A DNA stretch of 64,000 nt from the NCBI GenBank assembly GCA_043228905.1, contig JBHGNT010000013.1:4650001-4714000 (forward strand). Reading direction: 5' to 3'. This DNA is from Azolla caroliniana (taxonomy: Eukaryota; Plantae; Polypodiophyta). Of the stretch, positions 39,801 through 50,401 are shown piece by piece (the first letter of the stretch is position 1; each line of letters opens with the position of its first letter). Both the position numbers and the translations under genes were made by a program. The notes below the pieces were generated by a model. That model did no database searches. It was not told the origin of the DNA and saw nothing but the letters and a program-made list of their open reading frames with translations.

Positions 39801-40426
39801 AAAAGTCATATTAGTACAAATATGACTTAGGGCAAACTTTTAGATTGTAGTAGTTGTTATATTCCTATTGATGTAAGGATAGAGAGAGTGCATAACTGTA
39901 CGGAGAGTGAGAGAGAGAAAGAGGTCGCTGCCTCTGTTGTAACCGCCGCCTGTGGCGAAAATCTGTGAGCACGAGGTCGTTGCCTCAGTGAACTCACTGT
40001 TGTACATTCTTACATAGTGACAATTTGCAGCTTGTGGGCTGCCGTGGTTTTTTCCCCTAGTTTGGGGTTTTCCACGTAAACGTCCTGTGTACTCGTCTCT
40101 TCTTCGTGTCGTTCATTATTTCCCGTTTTCTGTGTATGATTCTAAGTTCGGTTGTGGCCGAGCGTTGCGTATAAGGAGCGTTGCAGTTCCCGTCAGAACC
40201 GTCGCCCGTGCAAAGACCGGAGGGGGAACAGGCCGCGGTCAGTCAGCCACAGACAACTCCGACGGAGGAACCAACAACGGAAACGCCGGTGCCAGAGCGA
40301 CAAACGGAGTAGCATCCACAGCCACAAACGAAACAACAACAGCAACCACTACAGCAACAACAGATTCCCAACGAGCCATTGGAAATTTTGGAGCAAAGCA
40401 TTCTGGACATTTTGGACGAAGCGTAA
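36867..40426 (+). pseudogene. Extra 3' ORF of E (disrupted; LTR inserted at 39320-40195)
   Basis: Homologous to 53500-56172: GYRTQGGED, YEGVKVDWPVLI, LLRADVENRRKEGDDCYMLT. Confidence 0.88.
39320..40195 (+). mobile_element. B-family LTR with attached PPT remnant, no TSD
   Basis: TGTTGGGAGACAGG...CCCGTCA, preceded by GGGGAGTT. Flanks GAGTT and GAACC do not match. Confidence 0.88.
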
Positions 40427-42859
40427 AAGGGTCGGATAGTGGGTTCGACGTACAAGGTACTATCCCACGGGCATGGCATGTGTTACCGGCCGGTAAGAAG
40501 GCTTAAGGAGGTCCAAACCAGAGTGTGAAAGGAATAGTTATTCGGGAACTGTTGTAATTAGTAGTCTTAATATATACATATTATTATATAAGAAGATGTG
40601 GACAGATGGACCGGATTCGGTATGCCGATCCAGATCCGGAACGATTCCGTAAAGTGCCGGTTGGCACCGTTTTATATTTCGCACCGGAGACCTATATAAA
40701 GGCCCGGTTACAATGTAATCAAGAGCGAATAATTAATAACACTTATTTGTCTTAATCTTCCAGTGTTGATTACCGTTCTATATTCATTGTTATATCTTAC
40801 GCGTGTTAATTACGGTTGGCTAAGTAATCGATTAAGGTCTAATTAAGCGTTGTGTCGTAAGTCATTCTGCCGTACCACCCTTTGGTGACGTGTCTTAAGT
40901 GGACACCCTGTGTTAGGCTGTTGTCCGGCCCTAGCGATAACACAAGTACGTTCTGCCACGAGGGTTTTCTTTGCAAATAAGTCTTTGTTTTGGTTTGACT
41001 TCAATAAATTCTCATCCCTTGCTCGACTCTGGAGCATCTACTTGCTTTATCGATCAATCATTTGTCTGTGCACATAATATCCCCACCGTCCGCACATTAC
41101 AACCCATATTTGTTGAAGCGATCGACGGTCGGTTTCTCTCTTCGAGGGCGGTTACCGAAGCCACTATCCCGTTGGTACTTCAAGTTGGGGTGCACCAGGA
41201 GAAACTCACGTTCTACCTCATCAAAACCCCCTAACATCCGATTGTGTTGGGGCTATCTTGGTTGGAGACACACAATCCGATGGTAGATTGGTGTAACCGC
41301 TCCATCACTTCTCCAGTAAGACCAATTCCTACTAGGTCACGACACTCTCTTGATTCCTTTGCGGTCGAGTCTGGTTTGGTCGCTACACTGGTTGTTGTGT
41401 CGGGGGACATCACCGTTCCTGTCAACAATTTTCCCGTCCGATATAGCAACATTTTTGACATCTTCGAAAAGTGGAATGCCGATCGTTTACCGGCTCATCG
41501 CCCCTATGATTGGCCAATCAAACTCCAAGCTGGCGAGCATCCTCCATTCAATCCCATCTATGGGTAATCTAAACCAGAATTTGAGGCTCTCTGCACATAT
41601 CTGGCTGAGAATCTCACGAAGGGCTTTATTCAACCCACCAAAAACCGGTCGGGGCATATCTTCTCCAAAATTGACCTTCGGGGTGCCTACAATTTGGTGC
41701 GCATCAAGCCTGGGGACGAGTGGAAAATGGTCTTCCGGACGCGATATGGACATTTCAAGTACAAAGTGATGCCATTCGGCCTTACCAATGCTCCGGCCAT
41801 CTTCAACACATGATGAACGATATTTTTTGAGAGTATCTCGATCATTTTGTGGTCATCTACCTTGACGACATCCTAGTTTTCTCTTCCAACTAGGAGGAGC
41901 ACACACGCCACGTCCGACCGGTTCTATCTTAATCACCTCCTTTACGTACCAGCTGGCACGTGTCATATCCGAGTACTACAAGCTTGCCACGATGATCCTC
42001 ATGTTGGACACTTTGGGGTTGCGAAAACGTTGGCGTTGTTGTCTCGGGGATTTTAGTGGCCCCAACCTTGGAAATTGGTCAAAGAATTTATCAAAAGTTG
42101 TGACGTCTGTGCTCACTCCAAAATGGCTCACCATTGTCCATACAGCCTTCTACACCCACTTCCAATTCCAGTCAACCTTGGGCATCTCTCGCCATGGACT
42201 TTTTTACCAACCTTCCTCGGGTTGGTGACCATGATACAGTGCTAGTGGTCGTCGATCAGTTTTTGAAGATGGCTCACTTTGTCCCATGTTTGGAAACCAT
42301 TTCAGGGGAGGAGATGGCTAACCTTTTTCTGAAAAATGTCATCCAATTACACGACTTCCCTAAGAATGTCACTTCTAGTCGAGGTCATCGATTTATCTCC
42401 CACTTCTGGCGCCGACTTCTATAGACATTCGGGACTTCTGTGAACTTGTATACCGCGCGCCACCCTCAAACTGATGGTCAAACCAAAAGAGTCAACCAAA
42501 TCCTCGAACAATACCTCCGGTGTATAGTCAGCTACCAACAAGATGATTGAGTGGACTTCCTTGCCATGGCGGAATTTTCCTACAATAATAATATCCATGC
42601 CTCAACTAAGGTTTCCCCATTCTTTGGAAACTATGATTTTCACCCTTGTTTCAGCACTTCCATTCCGGAGACTTCCATCAATCCGTTGGCTGAGAGGCAT
42701 GCCCATACCTTACAAGATGTCCATCATGTCCTCTCCCGTGAGCTCCGTGCCACTGCAAAATAATATAAAGCCCACACTGATTGACATCGCTTTGTCGCGC
42801 CGACCTTCGCAATCGATGACATGGTTTAGCTGCTATGTCACCACATTGCAACCACCCTT

Positions 42860-43685
42860 TGTCGTGAAGGATTTGCTTCACGATATAAAAATAAACTTGA
42901 ATATTGTATTAAGTAACATTTGAGAGACTTGAACCCATAACCTCACACACCAAGGACGAAGCATATACCATTAGGATAAGTTATTTTCTATAATTATATT
43001 TTTATCATACTTATGACATGTTTCTTCATACATTAGAGCTTAGATGAGCATGATGGCTATCATGCATCACATGTAAAGCATGTGCGCCAAATGGCGATCA
43101 TGCATCACATGCATCACATGCATTACATGCATGCCATGCACCCCCATATCATCATATGCATGAGAGAACCTATAAAGAGAGGCAAGGAATTAAGGGATGA
43201 AGAGGGGGAAAATAGGGTAATCAATCAAGAGAGAGTGAGAAAATAATACAATCAAGTAAAGAAGACTAGCTCATTGGGTGGAGAACCTCTCGTTTCGAAG
43301 TTGATGTCGTGGGTTCAAATCAAGGGTCGGTAGAGAATGTGTTCAGTTTGCGATCAAGGATTGTAAAGTTGGTAAAATATTATATTTTTAATATACATCA
43401 TGTTTATATCATATACTCTTGTTCCTTGATTCATACTTTGTCTCAATCTTCCTTCTTAAATCATATTTTGTGTCTATCTTGCTTCTTGAATCATATATTG
43501 TCTCTATCTTCTATCTATTCTCGTCTCTCTCTCTCTCACACACACACATTACTTGTAACTCTTCGTCTTACTATCCTTAACCATTCTATCATCACCATAC
43601 AAGCCTTATTAAAAGTTAAGTTCCTTCAACTCCCCTTAACCTTAGTCCCCGCGACTTCGCCGCACGAACCACAACTACCCCGACA
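42860..43685 (+). mobile_element. Solo LTR (TGTCG...CGACA), 4-bp TSD, in the F integrase C-terminus
   Basis: Interrupts HIATT|RPCAKLDY. Flanks CCTT (42856-42859) and CCGT (43686-43689). TATA-like CTATAAA near 43170. Confidence 0.78.
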
Positions 43686-44200
43686 CCGTCCCTGCGCGAA
43701 GCTCGACTACAAAAAGCTACGCCCCTTCCGTATCCTCGAGCGCGTTAACCTAGTCGCCTTCTGGTTAGTGCTTCCCCCCACATTTTGGCTTCACAATGTT
43801 TTCCATGTCTCTCTCCTCGAACCCTACCACCCTTCTTGCATTCCGGGACGACAACCTCTACCGCCGCCGCCCGTGGAATTATCGACAAGTGAGAAGTACG
43901 AGGTTGACCAGATCCTCGACTCCCGCTTGCGTCGCCGAAGACTTCAATACTTGGTCTTATAGAAAGGTTACCCTATTTCAGACGCCACATGGGAACCTGT
44001 TACACATTTACAAAATGCACTAGAGGCAATTCACGCTTTTCATCAACAATACCCTCATAAACCGGTCGTGGGTGTTTGGAGGCGGCCTTAGAGGGAGGAT
44101 AATGTCATAGACATATGCCACGAAGGAAGGTAGGGATTGAACCCAAGACCTGATGGTCTCTATTGGGCAACCCTACCAATTGAGCTATATATGCATCCTT

Positions 44201-45302
44201 CCTAGCCTTAGAGGTATGAAGAATAGCGCAGAATATTGCTCGGCCACAACCGAGTCTTGAATATAGCTACTATCTCTCTCTCTCTCTCTATTCAATAGTT
44301 ATCTCTACAACAATATGACAACCCTCTCTACCCCTCTATAGAGTGATTGCCCTAAGTCATATTTATACCTATATGAACTTAGGGCTATTTACAAATATAG
44401 CCTCAATAGGCTTACTCAAAACATATTTAAAAATGTGTCTTCTCTTCTGGTTCTCACTGGGTCCATCCGATCCAGTTTCCGGATCTCTTCCGATTCTCAT
44501 CAGGTCCTCTTCATTCATAATTGGATCCCATCTGGAGTGACCGATTTCCCAACAATCTCCTCCTTCACTCTGGCATGGGATGTCTCGCAAGCCCAATCCG
44601 CTTTCGACACGCGTCCAACTTGTGAGTTTTCAACACCTTGGTCAGCATATCCAACCCGTTCTCCTCCATGTGGATCTTGGTCAGCACAAACTCTTGATCT
44701 TTTACTCTTTCTTAGATCTAGTGGTACCTCCGTTGGATATGTTTCGTCCGAGAATGGTAGGCCGCGTTCTTTGCAAGGTGGATGGCACTTTGACTGTCGT
44801 AGTAGAGCCGATATTCCTCCTGTTGATCCCTGGCTATCCGATGAAGTCCTTCATCCAGATTATCTCCTTGCCAACTTCTACAGTTGCCATGTACTCCGCC
44901 TCCATGGTTGACAACGCAACTATCTTCTACAACCTCGACTGCCATGAAACAACTCCTCCTGCATAGGTCATGACATATCCGAATGTAGACCGGCAGGTAT
45001 CCGCATCAGCCGACATATCTGAATCCGTGATACCATCGAGTTGGGGTTTTTTGGAGCCAAAACTGAGGGACATACTCGAGGTGCCTTTCAGATACTGGAG
45101 TATCCACTTGACCGCATTCCAGTGCTCTCTTCCGGGATTGCTCATGAACTGGCTCACCACTCCCACTACTTATCTGATATCCGGTCGGGTACATACCATC
45201 GCGTACATCAAGCTCCTAATGTCAGAGGCATATGGTATATTCATCATATCCATCTTTTCCGCCTTTGTCCTCGGGCTTTGTTTTCCGGATAACTTGTAGT
45301 TG
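44201..45302 (-). mobile_element. Truncated Tnt1-like Copia 3' end (RT/RH, PPT, partial LTR)
   Basis: SWQSRL, RTKHIQRRYH; PPT at 44557-44566; LTR boundary at 44554. Confidence 0.85.
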
Positions 45303-47744
45303 AAGGGCTCCTCTCGCTCTTGGCCTCCCACCGAGTCGTACTCGTGCATGCTTGGCCTCCTTCTCGCGCTCACCGGCTCCCATCGGGTGTTGTGGCTCGT
45401 TTGCCTCGACCTCCAATCATGCCAACTTAGCCTTCGCCCAGATCGGTCTCGGCCGATCGAGTTCCGGTTTGGTCGGCGCCCTTCCGTAATCGTAACCGGC
45501 CGGTACATGTTTGTCCGAACAAATCCGGCCTTGCCGGCTCTTCTTCGGTTCGGGTCTGGTTGACCGGTCCCCGCTCCAATCTTCTTCCGCATTGTCTTCC
45601 GGTCGTGTTAGATTATCGACCGGTTCATCTTCCGGTCGGATCGGTTCCCGACTCTCTCCTCTTTGCTTCTCCCGACCTCTCCGTCAGTCCTCTTGTACAT
45701 GCCCGTTCCGGGCCTCGCATCCTCATCTTCGTACGTGTTCGCTCCAGGCCACACCTCCTCACGGCCACCGCCCTTCTCTCCGGTCTTATGTTGGCATTCG
45801 AGCGCAACCGTCATAGTCTCCGGCCCCGGTGTTGAGGGGCCTCTCCTCCGTTCGCTATGACCTTCCTCGTCGTCGTTTCGATCGTCCGCTTTGCTGCCGC
45901 CACCTTCCGTCTCTCTAGTCTCATGTGGGCTCTTGGGGCCGACCGCCGAAGTCTCTAGAACAGGTGTGGGAAAAGTCTTGGTACCCTCACTCGCTGATGT
46001 CATGTTTGTAGCCACCTACGTTCGGACGCCGTGGTCCGTGGCTGTCTCGTCCCCGGTTACGCAAGCCTCGGTCATGCTTGCTACCTCCTTGTCCTCATTG
46101 TCGTCTCGGTTGCCCGCCTTGCCGCCACCACTGCCCGTCACTCTAGGACTCACGCCGGCACTCGGGCCGACCGCCGAAGCCTCTAGGACCGGTGCAAGGA
46201 CCTGGTACCACCGCTCGTTGTGTCCGTAGCCGCCTCCGTCCGGACATCGTTGTCTGTGGCTACCCCGTCTCCGATCGCGAAAGCCTCGATTACGCTTGCC
46301 GCCTCCTCTTCCTCGATCTCCTTGCCTGCCTTGCCGACGCCACCGTTCATCACTCTAGGTCTCACACCGGCTCTCGGACCGGATGTCGGAGTCTCAAGGA
46401 CCGGTGAGTGTAAGGTCGCGGCACCGCCGCTTGTCTCCTCCCCACTCGATGTTTCGGGCCGCCATGTCCCGAATCCGTAGTTACCGGCCTCCATGGCCAT
46501 CCCTTCACCGCAAGGCAAGAGGGTAGATTGCTCCGCACCCTCTCCCATGTCGCCGTCGTACGCTCTTCCGGCCTCCGGATAGGCCCCGTCTTCTACACTT
46601 AGGGAGGCTTCTTCCTCCGCATCCTCTGATCGCCTCCGGCCCGACTCCATAAGCCATTCTTCAGCTTCGATTCTCCCCTTCACAAGCTCGCATGCCTCCC
46701 GTATTAACGCTTCTGGGTCGAGCTCCTCCGAACCGTTTTGCGTTGACCTCTCTTCCGATGGTAGTGCGTAGCCGCTCACCGCCCTCTCTTCTCCGCCGCT
46801 TGTGGGCCACGTTGTTGCCGACCGCTCCCCATCGGGTTGTCGGCATACCCACTCCGGTTTCGCGTATCCGTATGCGTCCAATAGCGCTCCCTCAACTCTT
46901 GAGCTTCTCGGAGCTCCTTGACCTCTTCGTACCTTGCTACGGTCACCACTCGACAAAAAAAATCTAGCCTTGTCGCTTCGTCCACACCCTCCTTCGTCAT
47001 CTCGGCATTGTATGCTTCTAAGAATCTCGGGACATTGTCCCCGTTGAACCGGTCGACTCGATCGACCACCCTTTCGACGGCTTGTTGAGCCGCATCTCGC
47101 TTCGCCATCTTCCGTCCAGCTTCCATCACGATCTTTGCCATCATCTCCTTGAAGTCGAAGTCTTCTTCCATCTCCATGCTCCCTTGCCGCCCATCACGTC
47201 GCGTTCACCAAAGATGTCGCGTTGTTACGCGCGTGCATGTAGAAGGGGCGGGACTACAGGGGTCTCGGACTAGGGAGTAGAGGAAAAAGAATAAGATATG
47301 ATATGGAGGCTTATCTCAAGAGGAGAAGAAGAAAGAATAAGATCACCACATAGAAGGAGAGATCGGCAGAGGTAAGATACTCAACAAGATACATTAAGAC
47401 AAACGAATGATTACAACAATGGTGGCCGCATGGGCCGCACCAAACGACTATGAGAAAACCGTAACCGAAAATGAATAAGGAAAACCCTAAACGAAACCCT
47501 AACCCTAAAACGGTAAGAACTCTATACTAAGTGGTATACCTCTCATACGCAAAATAGGCAACCCTTCATAAGTGACCCCTCCCTTCCTTTTATAGCCCAA
47601 GGAGGGAGGGACCTTACAATGTGGGACAAAATTTCCCCTCTTCTTTCTACACACCATTTCCTAGTATACATGTGCACATGTTGCACACCACCGATTTGCC
47701 CATTCCACCCCGGTTTCACACTATAGCCGGAAATCTTCACGACA
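45303..47744 (-). mobile_element. 5' part of Gypsy-like element H with tRNA-Trp PBS
   Basis: LTR 47215-47744 (TGTCGCG...CACGACA). PBS TGGTGAACGCGACGTGA on minus at 47194-47210. Gag-like ORF 46776-47177 (RFNGDNVPRFLEAYNAEM), then GC-rich repetitive sequence with no pol. Confidence 0.72.
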
Positions 47745-48029
47745 ACGTGTATGGTAAATCATCTCAAAGTTGGATTGGATTGACAAGTTGGATTGGATTG
47801 GATTGACTAGAGTCTATATTATATATTGATTCAGTCTCAATCCTAATAAGTGGACTCTAATCCATTGTGAACCACCAACATAAGTATAGTTGCAATATTT
47901 GTGTTGTATCACATGCATACTTTTGGGATGCGAATCAAGACATCTCTATCATCCTCACTTTAGAACTTTACAAAAAAATGAGTATGAACTATAGAGATTG
48001 AATCAAAATATGTCATTATAAATTATAAT

Positions 48030-48800
48030 CAAACGTTGAAAAACTCATAAAATGTATATTCAAGAATATGAAGAAAACATGACATAGGTAGTAGTAGCAT
48101 AACAACTTACCACTAGGGTGACCTAATTTCTAATAACAAAGAAAGTAAAAAAGAAACGATCAAAAACTCATAAAACGTATATTCGAGAATATGAAGAAAA
48201 CAAAACATAGGCAGTAGTAGCATAACAACTTACCACTAGGGTGACCTAATTTCTAATAAGAAAGAAAGAAAGAAAGAAAAAGGAACATGACACTAACATA
48301 AAATTTTGCCCTGACATAGGCAGTACTAGCATAACAACTTACCACTCGGGTGAGCTAATTTCTAATAACAAAGAAAGAAAGAAAAAGAAGAAAAAGGAAC
48401 ATAACACTAACATAAAATTTTGCCATGACATCGGCAGTAGTAGCATAACAACTTACCACTCGGGTGAGCTAATTTCTAATAACAAAGAAATAAAGAAAAA
48501 GAAGAAAAAGGAACATGACACTAACTAACAAGAGGATGTGAGTAAGTTAGGAATTGAACCCAAGACACAAGTAATAGTAGCACAACAACTTACCACTAGG
48601 TTGTGCTTAGTTGTAATAATAATAAAAGAAAAGAAAAAACCTATTATAACACTAACATAAAATTTTGCTATGACATGGTACTAATGAGAGAGAGAGAGAA
48701 AGAGATCAAAAAATTGGGAATCGAAACCAAGACATAGACAACAATAGCATGACCCCTTATCACTAGGGTGAGCTAAATTGTCATGATAATAAATAAAATA
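48030..48800. repeat. Degenerate tandem array, six copies of a ~55-bp core with A-rich spacers
   Basis: Core GACATAGGCAGTAGTAGCATAACAACTTACCACTAGGGTGASCTAATTTCTAATAA at about 48081, 48204, 48313, 48427, 48564 and 48731. Confidence 0.85.
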
Positions 48801-49477
48801 AAATAGGAGCACGTATTTTTCCCATTTCAAACGTGTTCGTTTCCAAACGTTGGAATGCTTGCACGAACACAAATATTACGTTCTATGGGTGCAAATATGC
48901 CTCGGCGGCCTTGCACCACGGTTCAGCTCGATGAGAACCGTCGTCCTAGCAAGGGAGAATCCTCCCTCTTTCTTTGATCTTCAATCTATGTTATTGGTCA
49001 AAGAGAATCATGTACGAACAAGGAGCAACGCCGCGGAAGGCCACATGCTCTACACGCATTCCAATGGAGGAAGAGGACGCGGCCGAGCAAGAGGCCGAAT
49101 CGGCAAAGGACGAGGTGGTAGACGAGGTCCGACTTACGACAACAACTCCCAAATTCGACAACAAGACGGAAGCCATCGAGGAACCTTCCGAAGAAGGGGG
49201 AGCTTCCATTCCGATTCGAGTCGACAAAACTCGATCGAATGCGGTTATTGCGGAAAAATCAGCCACCATGAAGAAGAGTGCCGAAAGAAGAAGCGTGAGT
49301 CGGCTTCCACAAGCCGACAACTCACCAATTACGCCATCAACTCTGACTATGAAGATCATGGCAGAATGTTTGTAATGAGACATAGAGCAAATCCTATGTC
49401 GGCCTCCACTTCGACAAATGCCTCCAATCCGGAAGATGTATAGTTCGTCGACTCCGGTGCTTCAAACCATATGACGT

Positions 49478-50401
49478 TGTCGTGCCTTTCGGCTCCGGAT
49501 CGTTGCGTGAGTCGGGTGGGAACCATTGAGGTTTTGGACTAGGAGAAAGAAGAATCTGAGATAAGGCTAGTAATGAATAGGTAGAAAGATAGGTAAGTTA
49601 TGAATCTTGTGAATCCCACGAGTTTAGTGTATTTAATCAATATTTAGATAGTAAGAGACAATTTTGATCACAAATTCGTGAATCCCACGAATCTATTGTA
49701 TTAATTGGTGTTTTAGGAAATATATCCAATTTCCAAATATTCCACACCCCTATTACATTGTGCTCCTCATCCTTATATAGTGATGAGAGAGTCTTAACAA
49801 TCCATGCCTTTTTCTCTAACTATAGACTATATGCTTTATCTAATATGCTTTTTCTAACTTTAGTTTTCATGCACACTGCATGTGCATGATTAGCTTTCTA
49901 TCCCATCTTTTCTTTTAACTCGAGTGTGTAGGCATGAATAACTTTTTGTACCATGCATATCTAGAATATTTACATGGGATAAAGTTTAGTATATAACTTT
50001 AAAATTCATAATATGCTAGTATAGTGGTAAGGCTTAACATTATTAACATGGAGGTACAGGGTTCGAATCCTGCCCTATGCATGTAACAATCTTTTCTTTT
50101 ATTTACAAATTTGTCGTTTCTTCCAGTGAGAGGCTCTCACCGACCTTCTTCATCCGGCTCTTGCCGGGTCTGCTTCATCCGGTTCTCACCGGTTTTCTTT
50201 CTCCGGTTCTTGCCGGTTCTTACCAGGTCTCCTTACCATGTCCTCCTTGCCAATTCTTCCTTCATCCGGTTCTCACCGTTTGTCCTTATTGGGTCCAGTC
50301 CTTATCGGATCCTCCTTTCGGTTCTCACCGGGTACTCCATGTCCTATCCGGAGAGACCAAAAATGCAATTTTTCACGTAGTGTGCAAATTACACTACGAC
50401 A
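49478..50401 (-). mobile_element. Solo LTR (TGTCG...CGACA), perfect 4-bp TSD ACGT
   Basis: Interrupts NHMT|SHQEWF of D. ACGT at 49474-49477 and 50402-50405. Orientation inferred from CTATATAAGG on minus near 49775. Confidence 0.85.

Larger units (their letters stand above)
30105..40942 (+). mobile_element. Athila-like non-chromovirus Gypsy E with extra 3' ORF (decayed)
   Basis: LTRs 30105-30570 and 40481-40942. TSD CAAGT at 30100-30104 and 40943-40947. PBS TGGCGACCAC at 30578. Collinear with element I. Confidence 0.94.
28713..44200 (+). mobile_element. Decayed Ty3/Gypsy chromovirus F (Tcn1-like)
   Basis: LTRs 28713-28995 and 44103-~44200 (truncated). PPT 44090-44102. Gag PDKFNG/CLYCGNPGH (29025-30000), LDSGASTCFI protease, YLDD RT, integrase, and chromodomain YEVDQILDSR...QYLV..KGY...ATWEP (43890-44055). 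Confidence 0.88.

Noticed and set aside
43309-43962. 217-aa ORF as a novel gene
   Set aside because: Chimera of solo-LTR sequence read into the chromovirus integrase/chromodomain frame.
47481-47510. Interstitial telomere
   Set aside because: Only about 3 imperfect AAACCCT units inside an LTR; a telo-box at most.
48030-48800. CRISPR-like repeat-spacer array
   Set aside because: Eukaryotic context, no cas genes, long degenerate repeats, and low-complexity spacers that are shared between units.
50010-50080. Functional tRNA gene (also 28733-28800 and 43260-43330)
   Set aside because: A/B boxes are present but no acceptor or anticodon stem can be formed; reported as promoter-like modules only.
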